From Podarcis bocagei (taxonomy: Eukaryota): a stretch of 64,000 nt of DNA. Location: assembly GCA_964188305.1 (NCBI GenBank), contig OZ076888.1. The stretch is one strand, 5' to 3'. The notes below the pieces were generated by a model that did no database searches, was not told the origin of the DNA, and saw nothing but the letters and a program-made list of their open reading frames with translations. The translations under genes and the position numbers were made by a program. Shown here piece by piece: positions 35,949 to 50,265 of this stretch (the first letter of the stretch is position 1; each line of letters starts with the position of its first letter).

Positions 35949-38509
35949 TACACACACGTCCCAGAGTTTGAGAAATAATAACTTGGCCATAACCAGAGAA
36001 TTGACCCGTGGAATTTAAATTTAGTTCTCCAAATCTAACTCCATCAGCACTGTACTAGTTTTTCTTACTATATTTATAATAAAGTTCTGTCAATTGGGTA
36101 ATGTGTAAACATTAGACCATTATAAAATACTTTAGCCCTGACTTTTACAGGCCTATATTTTAGCTCATAATATCAATCTCAACATGTTGTACCTGGCAGT
36201 TTGAAACACTGCCCTTGCATTAAACTTGTGTTGCCTATATGATCTGTTGGCCAGCATAAACTGGTTTCATGTACTCTGTACTCCCTTACTGCTTCTTGCT
36301 TGCTATGGCCTTTTACATAAATATTTTTCCTTAAAGTTCTTTATCAGGTGCCTGGGTATTGCAACATCAACTAAGGTTACAGGGCTGGGAATACATGTGA
36401 AGTGGAAAGAACAGTGTGCATTTAAATTAGTTTATGATTGTAGGGAGATTGTTCTAACCAATTTTATGAAAAACAAAACCTTTTTAGCAATGGGAAATAC
36501 TTTTGAGGCTATATGAATAAAAACACGTTGGCTATAGCATCCTTAGACTACTGCCTTGTATTTCAAAAAGTAAGTATAGTTGTCTCTTGGTATGTAGAAA
36601 GAGGAGTGGGATGATGTGTTCAGGGTGATTTAATGGCTGGAGTTTTTATAGTTTATTGTTTGCTGTTCTCCATTTTGTTATGTAGGTTACATTATGTTGA
36701 CAGTTCCCACTGACAAATATTAGGGTGCAGTTCTATGTGTCAGTGACTTATGTGACAAAAGGTACATCTTACTTTCCTTTTATAATCACATTTACATTCC
36801 ACCAATTCATGTAAAATATTCAGGCACTATACAACAATAGAAACACAATGATTTTTTTTTAAAAAAATGCATGAATGGCCATATTTTTGTGCAGTGCATA
36901 ATAATCCCCTTTGAAATAATGTTACTTGCTATAGGTTGATGCAAACCATAATATGGCCAAGCCAGTTATATAAGCAAGTAGCTGCTTTGCCCTTTTAGTA
37001 TTTGTCTTCAAGAGTGTTTTGGACTGAGTTGTTGGAGTACACACATTTTTCTTTTTGTGTTATGCTAACTGGAGTTTTTGGCATTACAACTTTCTGGTTA
37101 TGTGTTGATTTAAGAGTGTTGCATACATTTTCCAGATGAAAGGGAGCTTCCTATTGCCTGGTTCTGACAAAGTCTTCTCTCACTATGGTTTTATTTCTTG
37201 ACTATATCTTTCTTGACCATTATATATTCTCCACTGTAAGAGCGATTTTCCATAGTTCAGTGGGGAGTTCTTAAAGGCATGTGGATTCTGCAGAGGAAGC
37301 ATCTTCAAATGAAGTCTGTGTTTATGAGAGAAGCCAATTTGACTGAAGAATGAGTAAACCACATCTTCCACCATGAGTCATCTTGCAAATCCCAAGCAAG
37401 AAAAACTTTGTAAAATGTATCTTTTCACCTAAAGGATCACAGGGGGTTTAAAGGCGAGAGCTGCTATAACAACAAAACTGAATAACTAAACTGCTTCTTT
37501 TTCTACCATCTCAACCTGTTGCAGACATAATGGGACATGGTTTGCAAAGGGACATTGCCCCCTGCCCCCCATGGTTTGTTTTAAGCATAGTTTGTGAACC
37601 CACCACAAGCCATGATTAGAAGGGCAATCGTAGTTAACTTTAACTATGTGCTGATATCACTGCAACAGGACTCCCTAGTTCAAGGACACGGTATGCAGGC
37701 AGTCAACAGCCCTCAGATGGCAGCAATCAATGAAAACCAGGGATCTGCTTCTGCTTTTCTTAACACAATCTGCACTGACTAGATTTTGGTTCTGCCCTTT
37801 GGAACATATCTATAAAAATGTAATTGAAGTGTATATTTTTGGAGTGTATGCAGAGTCATTTGGTATCTTCAAGCAAATATTAAAAGGCACTATTACTTGT
37901 GATGCTTGCTGAATTCCAGTTAAAACTACTGACTATTCTCTGCAAAATAAAAATAAAAATGGGAGTTGATAATTTTGGAGCACAATTTACCAGCACAATA
38001 TTGCACTTGATAACTGCAGCTGAGACAGGGCTTTTCTATTAACCAAGATAAAGAAGCAAGTTGTTTACTTGCTTATTGGTACAGCTGGTTGTTGTGTGAG
38101 TAGCTGCTAAGCCCCATAAGCCCCTAGAATTCATTTTCTTTCTGCTGTAATGCTGCCTCTGTAGAAGATCCATCTGCTTAGTTCTCTTATTACTAGGTTT
38201 GCTGATGGTGTGTGGGTTATTTAGTTATTTATATTTTTTATTTACAGTATTTATAGCCCACTCTTAGTTGTATGTTTTCAATCCCACTGTGGGGAACAAA
38301 GTAATAACAATAAATGGTGAAAAACAATATAGAAAAATTACAAAATATTATAAACAGGACCAATAAACAATGCTATCATAAGTTAATCAAGCAAAACTAC
38401 AGCAGCAAAAAGTAGCATTTTAAGTTTAACCAAATATGTATGTAAAAACAAGCAAAACATTTAAACTGATTAAACAACCAACGGTATCAGCAATAGTTCC
38501 CAACCCATA

Positions 38510-38739
38510 CAGTGGTACCTCGGGTTACAGACACTTCAGTTTATAGACGCTTCAGGTTATAGACTCTGCTAACCCAGAAAAAGTACTCAGGTTAAGAACT
38601 TTGCTTCAGGATGAGAACAGAAATCACGCAGCGGCAGTGGGAGGCCCCAATAGCTAAAGTGGTACCTCAGGTTAAGAACAGTTTCAGGTTCAGAACGGAC
38701 CTCCAGAACGAATTAAGTTCTTAACCTGAGGTACCACTG
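38510..38739. mobile_element. MITE family A
   Basis: TA|CAGTGGTACCTC...GAGGTACCACTG|TA. Confidence 0.88.
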
Positions 38740-39441
38740 TATTTTACTCATGGCAACCCACTCTCTTCCTCTTTGTCTCCCATACAACGAGGGCCCCACT
38801 ATGTGCCAACAGATTATCTCTCTGGCTTTTGAGTAACTTAACATATTTCATCCCCAGCTGGTGTTTTGCTCCCCTTCCCAGGCCTGAGGAAACTCACAGG
38901 CCTCCAGGTCAGCAGGGCTGCCAGGTACTGACATGCACATGGTTCCCTCACCCTACACTGAATATTCAATCTGCCTGCCTTAAGTATGCATTTGTCCCAT
39001 CCACCTGCCCACCCAATGAAGAATTTAAAGCGTTATGATAGCTGACTCTTTTAAAAAGTAGTTCTGGTCTTTTACATCTTGGAAAATAACAGTGCTAATT
39101 TTCACAGTTGTGTCATAGATGAGGGGTCACCCAAAGCATGAAATACTTGAATGGTAAAAAATGTCGCTGAGAAGGGCTACATAATATATTCTTTTTTCCT
39201 TAAAGTTAAACAGCTCTAGAAGTCAACATTGCTCTTGCTGATGCCAAATGTCTTACAGATAAGTGGCATTTGAGCTAGAAACAGCCCAAAGTCAGTAGTG
39301 GCAGACTGGTTTCTTTCCTATTTAAAATGAACAATTAGCAGAACTGTTTATATAAACAGAGAACATTTTGTTGAAACTGCTAACATTCACATGCCGATAA
39401 CAAGCAAGTAGATAACCAAGTTCTTTATTTTTTGTTTACAG

Positions 39442-39539
39442 TGAAAATGCCTTTTTGAAAAAGGTTTAACAGTATGATCCTGTGAATTGATCTGAGTTAA
39501 GCTGCAGTGACTACTGAATTGTGTTCAACTTTCTGTGAG
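39442..39539 (+). other. Candidate SHLD2 5'UTR exon
   Basis: TTCTTTATTTTTTGTTTACAG acceptor and GAG|GTGAGT donor; 98 nt. Confidence 0.45.
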
Positions 39540-40210
39540 GTGAGTCGGGGGGGGGGGGAGAATGTTTCAAGACTGTCACAAGATTGTGGGTAGGATTAAA
39601 TCACATGCTGGCAAATTCAGGTTCCACCATTAAAGCTGATTTGGAGGACTTGTGCAGCAAGTCCAAGAATAATGTCCAAGAATATCAGCGGCAATAAGGA
39701 AGATGACAGGAAAATGTACAGGAACGTGTAGAATAGTGGTTGCTTGGCACAGCATTGTCTAACCTGGCAAACATAAAAATGAACCCTCAATAAACAGGTT
39801 GTCTGGAAGCAATCAAACCCTTGGCTGGAATTAGATATAGAGATTGAAATATAAATGGGAATGCCTGCTTCACACCTTTTGGTGAGGTCTTACTCCTTAT
39901 GGCATCGGTATCAGAAGTCAAGCTGATGACTGGCTGTGAGCCTCAGAACCTCTTCTGACACTTCAGTTGTAAATCTGGCTCACAAGACTCAGTTGGTTCA
40001 ATCGGAATCGTTTTAGGAAAACTAACATCAGGGGGTTTGGGGGGAGGGGTTAGAAAATATTTTCAAAACAGTATAAAAATATTAATTTTATGGTGATTTT
40101 GGTTATAGATTTACTTTTGAGTTCTTCTATGAAGTTGTAACTTACTTTGGGTCCATCCTGTGAGGAAAATCAGGCTATAATCAAGTAAATAAATATGCTG
40201 TCCCTACATA

Positions 40211-40422
40211 CAGGCAACTTCACCTTTAAGCATGTTCAATATGTGTGCAGCTCCTCATATGCACATTGCATAACCCAGAAGTGACCCAAAAACCTCACAA
40301 AAACGGGTGTGGGCAGAATGGGGTGTTTGCAGGCTTTTTCAATGGTGTTTCAAATATATGTGATTTCACTTAAATATATGGTGTCCTGGAAAGTAACCCC
40401 TATGTAAATTGGGAGTTGCCTG
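40211..40422. mobile_element. Tigger-like MITE
   Basis: TA|CAGGCAACT...AGTTGCCTG|TA. Confidence 0.75.
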
Positions 40423-40812
40423 TATTTACTTTAAAGTGAGCCATCCTGTTCAATGAAGCTTATTGTCAATTAAAATTGTAGAAAATTAGCTACATATCAA
40501 GCTAACTTTTAAAATATTGTTCAGAACTATTAATGCAGACAATTCCAACTTTATTCCTTGTATTCCATAGATTTGCCTCACATTTAAATGTGAGTGAGTA
40601 CTTTAAGCTACCATTCTAGGGGAAGCTCAATTACATTCTGCATGGATTTTTTCATAAGTAAGTTGTTACTGAAACAAAACACCTGTTCATTTGAAGAAGA
40701 TCTCAGAGGTCAATAGCTAGTGAGACTTTCCACCCACATTTGGAATTCAGCAAAAAGAAAAGCTAAGCAAGTAAATGCAGATTATAGTGTTACAAAATCT
40801 GTCAAGAAAGTA

Positions 40813-41054
40813 CAGTGGTACCTCGGGATACAGATGCTTCAGGTTACAGACGCTTCAGGTTACAGACTCTGCTAACCCAGAAATAGTACCTCAGGTTAAG
40901 AACTTTGCTTCAGGATGAGAACATAAATTGCACGGCGGTGGTGCAGCGGCAGCGGGAGTCCCCATTAGCCAAAGTGGTACCTCAGGTTAAGAACAGTTTC
41001 AGGCTAAGAACGGACCTTCAGAACAAATTAAGTTCTTAACCCGAGATACCACTG
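40813..41054. mobile_element. MITE family A
   Basis: TA|CAGTGGTACCTC...GAGATACCACTG|TA. Confidence 0.88.
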
Positions 41055-42149
41055 TACTTGCCTCAGGGAACATTTAGCCTCATACCGTATTCTTGGGGTC
41101 CACTCTGTTCTCTAGATAGTGGTGTTGGAGCCAGTGTATTTTGCTCTACAAGCAATTTATTTGTATGTAGCTGGCCCCATAAAAAAACTGGTGCCACTAA
41201 GCAGTAAATGCTTCCCAAGGGAGGAGCCTGTGCACATAAGCTTAGCAGTACATACAGATATGGAAGTTTATGTGATGTGTTCACACATGCTGCATAGGAA
41301 ATAAAAAGATGTAACATCTCTTAAAATTTGAAAATAATTTTTTGTTAGAGCAAAATATTTTATGACCCCAAGTACAGCAATCGGCTTGACATTCAAAATG
41401 CTGTAATCCTTATCCATTGTTTGTTCCCAAAACACATCTGGGCACAACTCTGTCCCAAATCTATCTTGAGTAGAAAGCACTTCCATTGCGTAAGTTGACT
41501 ATGCATTACACTTTAACCAAGAGCACTTGACATTGTATAACCGTAAATATTTCTGATTGTACCAAAGATGTCTATTCACATTTTAGATCAAGTGTTCCAC
41601 ATCACTGAATTCTTGGAAATGCAAAACTGTTTCTTCCTGACCAGTTTCCTGTGAGTCACTAATATACCTTTGCAGGAAACTAAAGCAGAAACTGTTGTAA
41701 TAACATATGATTTCAAAGGGGTAATTATAAATTTGGGTTGCGAAGTCTTATTTCAGGCGAGGGGAGTGAGGGACAGGTTATGGTGTGTTTGTGATGCCCA
41801 TGACAGTTTCTCCAGTTTGCAAATGTGCCGATGGGTCCAAAAATGTCAGTGGCTGAAAAGGTTGGTATCCCCTGATCTGAGAACACCTGCAATAATTTTC
41901 AGCCATGAACTGGAATGCCCAAGGTTTTCAATTTCTGCCTTTATATTGGAAAGCCCAGGTTGTCCATATCTTCGCTACTACTTGCAAGGCACCTAATCAC
42001 ACCCATGATTGATGCCCAGGAATAAAAGTGTATATATATGGCATAACTATATGGTGGAAACAGAATTGCAGTTGACCCTTGAAGAGCAGGATTGGATGAC
42101 CTTGTGGTACAAGACAAACATCAATCTATGTTGGCAAATGTGAGGGAGG

Positions 42150-42270
42150 TATTAGCATGTTAATGGTACCTGACACCAAATTGGATGGCTCATATGTCAT
42201 TGAGCTCCTTCCTCATGTGCTGGAGGGACTGCCAGGATATTGGCACTTACTGGCACATGTGGTGGGACGG
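42150..42270 (+). mobile_element. L1-clade ORF2 C-terminal cysteine-rich fragment
   Basis: WYLTP...CWRDCQDIGTYWHMWW motif. Confidence 0.7.
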
Positions 42271-42685
42271 TTGTTTGGCTGGGAGTAGAAACAGGTTAGG
42301 AGAAATCAATCATTTTGGAGACTGAATCATGTGTCCTCTTTCCACCTCACTTGCTTTCCCCCCCGGAATGCAAATTTAAATAACGCCTTGAGTAGTTTTC
42401 AGATTGAAATCCCAAGTGTTTCTCTTGTCCTCAAATTGTGATTTTAAACGTGTGAGTTGTGCACATACTACATTTTCATTCTAGCTGTTCTGTGTACAAC
42501 AGTAAGTGTTATATAAGTAACCTCTAACAGCCAGTTAGGCCTCCCTAAGTTTAGGTGTGCCTAACTCTGCATAGAATTAGGCTGTTAATTGTTTTGCTAA
42601 GAAGTAACTATAACATTGTTCTCTAATTTGGTCTTTGAAGTGATGAAAGATAATTTGCTAGACAAAATAGAACCCCCCACAGATT

Positions 42686-42688
<3 letters not shown>

Positions 42689-42762
<74 letters not shown>
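42689..42762. repeat. Compound microsatellite (GT)16(GA)21
   Basis: Directly visible. Confidence 0.97.
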
Positions 42763-42765
<3 letters not shown>

Positions 42766-43956
42766 GGTATAGCAGTGTTTTGTGTCAAAAGACTTTCTAT
42801 CTTATTATGTTGCTTGTGCAAGCCCTTTTTTTTCTTTCATGGCTTCTAATTGTGTAGTAAGAGCCGTTACAACAATCAGTTGCAGCTCGTAGCAAAGCTC
42901 AAACTTGCTGATGCAGTTAGTCACATTTTAAGAGATCATTGACCCATCAGTAAGACTCTGACCACCTCAGAGATAAAAAGCTAATGTTCTATTGGCCACT
43001 TATAGTGGAACAGATTAAGAAATGGTGTAATAATTAACAAAGGTAATGGAAATGTGCCTTTTAGTTCTAACCAGTATATGTCAGTTGCAGGTTTTATCTC
43101 TCTTTTTTACTTTAGTACAGCATCTAAATGTAATATAAAAAACTGATTGCCATATGTCACTAGAGAAATGCAGGGCAATTGACATTTATTAACAGCCTTA
43201 CTGTAGCATTCTCTTCTTCCATAATTTTAAAATTGTTCTCCCATATTCTTCTGTGTATTAGATATTAAAAGCAAATGAAAGGTGAAATGTGTTTAAGGCT
43301 TTACAAGCATTTGAGCAAATAATTTTAGGATTGCTGCATAAATAATTCCTGTCATAAAAACACATTTTTCAGATAAAGTAACTTGCATTGTTTCCGGCTT
43401 GGCTATATATTGGGGTTTATACCAAAAGGCAGCTTAGGTTGTGCTTGTTGCAGGTGATTCGATGGATATCGGTTGATTTCAGCTGAGGGTGTGGGTAAGG
43501 TGCTTGACTGGGTCTGTGCCATGATGTGCCTGCTTGACACTTGTCCTTTCTGATTTTATAACAAGGGTCAATGAATGCCTCATAAGCCTCCATGAGATGA
43601 AACACAAAGCATTGCTTAGCATTATGGGAATGAGCCTCTGTGAGCCTCAAGCTCATACGCACCTCCCTTCTCTTTCTTCCTCCTGCATGGCCACAAGTTC
43701 AAGCATTGTTTCCTGTTTTAAATTAACTATGGTTTATTATGTCTTGTGGTTTAATGTTACTTCTAAACTGTTCGTGCTAATCTGAAAGAGTGAGTACTTG
43801 CAGGTCTGAACAAAAACCAACTATTGTTCCTTCTAATCTAGGCAATTATAGTGCAGTTTCAAATTTATCATCTTTGGGGCAAGATGCTCAGGTGGATCAA
43901 CAGTCCAACAATCCAACAGTCTCTTGGATGAATCCAGTTATTTGGATTCAGGTATA

Positions 43957-44198
43957 CAGTGGTACCTTGGTTCTTGAACGGCTTAATTGTTGAACAAATT
44001 GGCTCCCGAATGCCGCAAACCCGGAAGTAAGTGTTCTGGTCTGCAACTGTTTTTCGGAAGCTAAATGTCCAACCCGGCTTCTGCTTGAGTGCAAGAAACT
44101 CCTGCAGCCAATTAGAAGCCGCACCTTGGTTTTCGAATGATTTTGGGAGTTGAACGGACTCCCAGAACAGATTAAGTTTGAGAACCAAGGTACCACTG
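43957..44198. mobile_element. TA-flanked MITE with related TIR
   Basis: TA|CAGTGGTACCTTGGTTCT...AGAACCAAGGTACCACTG|TA. Confidence 0.85.
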
Positions 44199-45483
44199 TA
44201 CACACTTAGTTCTGCTGTGGTCACCTAGTTTAAAAGCATAGCATTAGATGCAAGATTGTATCCCCAGATTGTAAACATTTAATTCCAAAGCAACAGTTTT
44301 TCTTTTTATTATTGTATAGATTTAGCTACAGTCTTTGTGTAGAAGATGCAAAGCTATAAATAATGTAAAGTTCCCCTCTGATTATACAAAATCTCATTTA
44401 AAGTAGACATGGCTTGGGAGTGGGTGAATTTTTTGTAGCCTGCTTCTACATAGCAAGAATTGCATGAACCTCAGCCCAGGTAGCTAATGTGAGAGAGAGC
44501 CCCACAATCTTGGCCTTCATATTCAGAGATTGCAGTCTGAATGAACATCTGTCAGCAGTGATTTGGAGTGCTGCCATTGAAGAAGGTTGTTCCCATCTGT
44601 GGTATCAACCTCTAGGAATGCTGAGTGAAACCAGTGTTGTTCTTTCTCCCCCTTTCCTGTTCCTCCATTGAAAAGGTTTGTTTTTTAAAAAATTAAATCA
44701 AAAATTAAATTAAACCAGTGTGTTTTAATGAAATCTGAGATTATAATGATTTTGTCAGGTCAAGCATGGAGTGCTTTCTTTACTTAGGTGATCTTCTATT
44801 TCTGAATTGACCTTTGCAGGAACCTAATTTAGTGGGAAACATTCCCTGCTGTTTACAGAAAGTAGCTTAGTACTGTATATCTCTCTCTGTGTGTAGTACA
44901 GCTCCTCCTGTTTTTGTTAGTATGCTTGAAGTAGTGCCTCAATATAGTGATAACCCTACTATGTGGGGAAAATGCATTTCTCCCAGAATCAAGCACAATA
45001 CAGCTTCTCCAGAGTTTTTACTGCTCTAGAGGCTCTATCTCAAATTGTTTGTAGTATTTTGTTTCCTACTTTCAGGAAGTTCTTCAAGGTAGGAGGAATG
45101 AGCAAAGAATTGAAGTGCTGTATATACTAATAGTATTCTCAGGTACTGAGTTATGATGGCTATATAATCTAAATGGTGCCACTGAGAAGAAGGTATCAGC
45201 ATGTTTAGAGGAACCCCTAGGTTTGTAGGGGAAAGCTTTAGGAACAACCCCCCTCTGCCACCCAGCAGCCATAGGAGGCTACATGTATGTTGTCTGGGAG
45301 GCCAAAAGCAAGAGGAGATCATATAATCATAGAATTGTAAAGTTGGATGAGGAATTGAATGGGGAATCCCAAAAGGAGACATTGTTGGATGACTAGAACG
45401 CTGAAGAGTAGTACTACACACTGCAACATTTTGTTGCAGTTCCCACTTGTATATTTTACTTTCTCTTTATGGGTAAGACAAAG

Positions 45484-45590
45484 CAGAGGTTGGATGGCTA
45501 TCTGTCATGTATGATGTAGTTGCAATTCCTGCATTGCAGGCATTTGGATAGATAGACACTTGGGATCCCTTCCAACCGTAATTCATTGTA
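45484..45590 (+). mobile_element. CR1 LINE 3' end
   Basis: GAGGTTGGATGG...CCTGCATTGCAGG...TTGGA...TCCCTTCCAAC pattern. Confidence 0.65.
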
Positions 45591-47589
45591 TATTTAAACT
45601 CTTGTACTGATATTACTTCTTATATGGCTATTGGTTTTAAATGTTTAAATGGATTGATATTTTTTTTACCTATGTGTACACTGCCCTATGGGAAGAAGGG
45701 CTGGATAAAATTATAACAAAAGTAAGTTAAATGTAATATACCTATGAACAAATGGGGCAAGTGGTCTCAAACCTATGCTCTGTGGGGTTGACCTAAACAA
45801 ATTATTTACTCTTGTCATTCCTCTGTCACTTTTGAACTCTACAACTCAGAGGTAGCAGACTCCATCCTGTTGATAGTAGGCCAGTGCCTAAAGTTTCATC
45901 ATTACTTTTGTCAAACACTGCATGACCTTTAATCTCTACTTTGGCACTGCTGTTTCCAGCAGTATTGCATCTCTCAGAGTTTGTGGTTCATGATGACCTT
46001 GGCTGATCTTTTTCTTTTACCAGACCCATTTAAATCCTACAGATGTTATGAAAACCTTAGCCTTGGATTAGGCAACACTGAACAGTGTTCTCAATTTCTC
46101 CTTTTTTACTTTCTGTCTACTTCATCCCTGCCGTTATATTCTCTTTATAAATTACTTATAAATACTGGGTTATTGTTTCCGCTGGATGTGATCAACCCAC
46201 TGTGCTGTTGAACTTGGAACAGTTGCTCATCCACAAGATCCATGAAGCCACAATAAATACTTTGTTCCTAAAGTACCCATTCCCAGTTGATCCTGCCCAC
46301 TGCATCTCACATTCCTCTTTCACTTTTGGTGTGTCCCTTTGTTCTGATTCTTCCTAAACTGAACTGCTTTGGCTGATTTTTGGCTTTGATCTTGGGTTAT
46401 AAATTGGTATTATTATAATGAGGCTATTATTGGACTGTAATTGAAATCTAATAAAAAAATTATTTCATAAAAAAGGAATCTCAGTTTTAGATTCCACTTG
46501 AAATAAAATACTTGTCCATACTGGGGCAGACAGTAAATAAATAAATATGTTAGGGTATGTTTAATATTGCTCCAGAACTGGATTAATTATAAAATGTCTG
46601 TATATATATATGCCTCATACAGTCATGCTACAATGTAGAGTCTACTCATAGTTTTCTAAGGATTTGGTGACCTCTGATGGGCAACTAAGAATATGGATTA
46701 AATATTTTCTGATAAAATGAGAGGCAAATGTTTCTTATTGTAACCTACTCTGGGTTCCTCTTTAAGAAGGAAAATAGAATATAAATAATTGTTTTATGTG
46801 TTAAGTAATAAATGCTTAAGAATTTTATTGAGCGTTGTGCTTGTTTTTTTTAAATATTTTACAGAAGATCAAAAATCTGGAATACGTATCGGAGATCTTG
46901 GGCTCCTGATTTCAAGTGGAAGCATTCATGATTGTGCATGTTTCGCCATCACTTAAAAAAAATAAAATGCCAGATGTGAGCAGAAGCTGATGTCCAAAGT
47001 GCCAAGTAGCAGTGAACATCCAGATTTGAATAATATGAAAATCATAATATTTCAGCATAGAAACATGACTGAAAAATTTCATTAGTGATGTTGTCATCTT
47101 GTCTTCATGCATTTTAATAAACCTGGATATTTAACTAAAAGTTAACAAACACAGCTAAGTTTTAGAGACAATTGTACTGTATCCCTTAAGAAGTCTGATG
47201 CTGTTGAAGCGTGTTTCCCAGCTTCACTGTGACTCTTCGCTAGGGACCAAAAGTAATAAGGAACATCCCATAAAAGTCACATGGGTAGAAATGGCTGTTG
47301 GACACCATAGTGTTCTGGGCTCTTTAAAACACAAACTACCATTATTAAGTCTTTCAGTTGTATGATACATCTCAGTTTGTAATGTTTTATTAGGGATACT
47401 TAACCAACTTCCAAAATCAGTAGGATGGAATTTTTTATTTGGGTAATGTGTATGAAATATTAATATTGCTAACCTTTAATGAATTGTTTGAAAAATGAAG
47501 AGTGATTATAAGTCACATTTTAAGCACTGTGTGTTAAATGAACTATTATATTAAAATTTTCTTCATAATCAAAAAACTGAAAGAACAGC

Positions 47590-49027
47590 ATGTCTGCAGC
47601 ACCTCAAATTCATATTTTCTTTGGTGCACCTAGCCTCCCAGCCTCATTAAAGACTTCTAAAGAAGAGAGGTTTTCAGCATCTACTGCTGAAAAATGGCAG
47701 AAACTCTACTTTTCATTACCTAAGGACACTTTTAAACTTTGTACTAGAAAATGTATGTTTCTTGAACATGTAGATCATCGGACACCGAATGATACAGAAT
47801 TGACTGCTCAGTCCAAAGATCACTTCCCCCCAGATGGTGGGAAAGAATATGGGCTGACTGATGTTATTTTGACAGACTGTGGAGCTGGTGCTGGAAGAGT
47901 AAAATTACTCAGCAATGAAGCTAAGCACCTTCCATATCAGCAGCTTCTCACAGATATAAAAACAGGTGAACCAAGCAAGCAATCTGAAGATGCTGAAGAA
48001 GGTACCAGTAAGATGCATAACCTTACTATTCCTCCCTTGGCTTCTAGTACCGAAAAGTTTAGCAGAGGTCTGGAGTCTATAGGACAGGATGAGAAACCAT
48101 CAGATGTTCCGTGTGCTCATTACCAGCTCTTGAATCAATACTTGGAGGGATGTTTCCCACAAGTAATGAAACAATCAAAGACTGGAAAACCACTAAATGT
48201 GTGTTCAAATCTTCCAGTTTCAACAGACACTGAATTCCTTAGTATTCTGACTTCAAGCCAAGTTGCTCTGCTTTCAGGAGGGCATGCTGTAGGACAAAAT
48301 GAAACACAAAGCAAATCTACAAAGGCGAGTGGAACAGAATTGGATGGACTTTGTAGGGAAGATGAAGCATCCACAGAACTGCATATTCAGTTAAATGAAA
48401 ATGGTGGTTTGTGTGCAAATATCACTGATACAGATAGCTCTCTTGAACTGTTTGACTTTGATAGTACCGTGAAAAGCAACTCGTATTTGAGAGAAAATAG
48501 CTTTCAAGAAAATGCTGATATGCCTACAGACCATTTGTGTTCATCTGATGATAAACCTAAAAAAGAGGTACATTATATTGAACCATGGAAGAAAGGAATA
48601 TTGTGTTCCCAAGTCAGCCACTCTGCTAAAAGATCTCAAACATCTGAAGATATTTCACCGGCAACTTACATTACACTTGGAGACCAACAGCAATCAAAGA
48701 AAGCCAAATTGATTTGTTCTCCAGTTTGTGCAGTTCCACAAATAGAGCAACTGAGAATTTCAGGGTTTAAGAAAGTTTTGAAACGTCCATCCCTGCTTAA
48801 AGACTGTTTATGCAAAGGTCAGAAGTACACCGTCTTAGTCACAGTTCTACATCCTTGCCATATTAAAGAAATACAAACAAAGCCAGGATCTAAACTGTCC
48901 TCAAGAGTCCCCCTAGCCACAGTCGTAGTTTTTGATCAGTCTGAAGTACAACGAAAGATTGCATTGTGGAGAGCAGCAGCATTTTGGTCACTTACAATGT
49001 TTCCTGGCGATATCGTACTGTTCACAG
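47590..49027 (+). CDS. SHLD2: Shieldin complex subunit 2 (FAM35A), large first coding exon
   Basis: MSAAPQIHIFFGAP N-terminal motif; STDTEFLSILTSSQVA; GILCSQ; start of first OB fold (VTVLHPCHIKEI...LWRAAAFWSLTMFPGDIVLFT); GTGAG donor at 49028. Confidence 0.95.
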
Positions 49028-50049
49028 GTGAGGGTTAAAATGGCGCTTATCAGTTCATTTTTGACATTTTCCATAGGAAGTATTTTAGATAGTGAACTGG
49101 TCGATGGTATATACCTTTCTGCTGAGTCTCGGGTACAATGTTAAGTGTCTCCTGAAACACATTCCATATTGTAAGCACATTTATAAAAAACACACTACAG
49201 CTATAGAGATGTGGTAGAGGAGTTGCTCTCCAGCCCCACCCTACAATTAATGCTTCCTAGCTATTAGGAATATCCAAGAAACCTCTATCAAACAATATCA
49301 TAATGCATAATCTATTTCCCTCCGCTCCCCGCATTTGTTTTTTAATACTGCCTTGATTCAAGGCAGCAACTGAATTGGCGTACTGTTAAATAAGGGATTT
49401 TTCTTTTCTCAACATGCATCTGCTCAGTTTGGATGATCAGAAACGACCTTTGCACTCCTTCCCTCGCATGTGGCATCACTGTCAGTTTGCAGCTTAACAA
49501 TAAGCATGATTTGCTGTTGCACTGGAATTGAAAAGCATTTAGTGTTTGCCCTCCAAGTCAGGGTTTGAAGTGAGTTTCTGATTTTTGTTGGGAGGTCAAG
49601 TGCTGATCAGTGTTTGCTACAATGATGGAGGAGAAAGAAAACAGTTGGTGGCTCAATTCATAAAAACATGGATTGGAGGCTTGGCAAAACTCATATGCTA
49701 TCTCCGAAGACTCAGCTTTGAAAAATCATTCTTTTTCCCCATCAGAACTGTATTTACTGTCGCCCTAACAGAAACTGGCAGTGGTGAAGGGTTCTCCACA
49801 ATGTGTTTTGAAGCCAAAATTTGAATTCAAAGCTGGACTTTTAATATTACCATATCTTTGCCCACTTCAGACAGACTAAATATATAAAAAGTCATGCAAA
49901 GCTTGAACAACTTGGTGGTGGCTTTCAGTTTTCGAACAGGGGCTAGTCCAGTTTGTAGATTTGAAGTGGGATATGTCTGTGTCATCGTTGTCCATCCCCC
50001 CCCCCCGCCCCCTGGTGACTTGGACTGAGGTTTCTTCTCTTCGTTGCAG

Positions 50050-50157
50050 ATGTGATTATAAATGAGAATCGCTGGAATGGGGAAATATTGCTGCAGTCAA
50101 CGTTCACTAGTCGGTTATTGAATCTTGGAAGCTGCTCGACTATTAATCAGAACAAAT
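50050..50157 (+). CDS. SHLD2: SHLD2 coding exon 2
   Basis: 108 nt; DVIINENRWNGEILLQSTFTSRLLNLGS; AG/GT flanks; phase consistent with neighbours. Confidence 0.95.
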
Positions 50158-50265
50158 GTGAGCTTTAATACTTTGCATACAGTGAACTCTTGTCCCAATT
50201 CATGATTTCCTTAATAATTCAAATCTAGTATTTCCCAAACTTTCTTGAAATGGTTGCATAATATC

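Noticed and set aside
42597-42849. ORFs with VCVC/ERER and SLSL/HTHT runs
   Set aside because: Translations of the (GT)n(GA)n microsatellite
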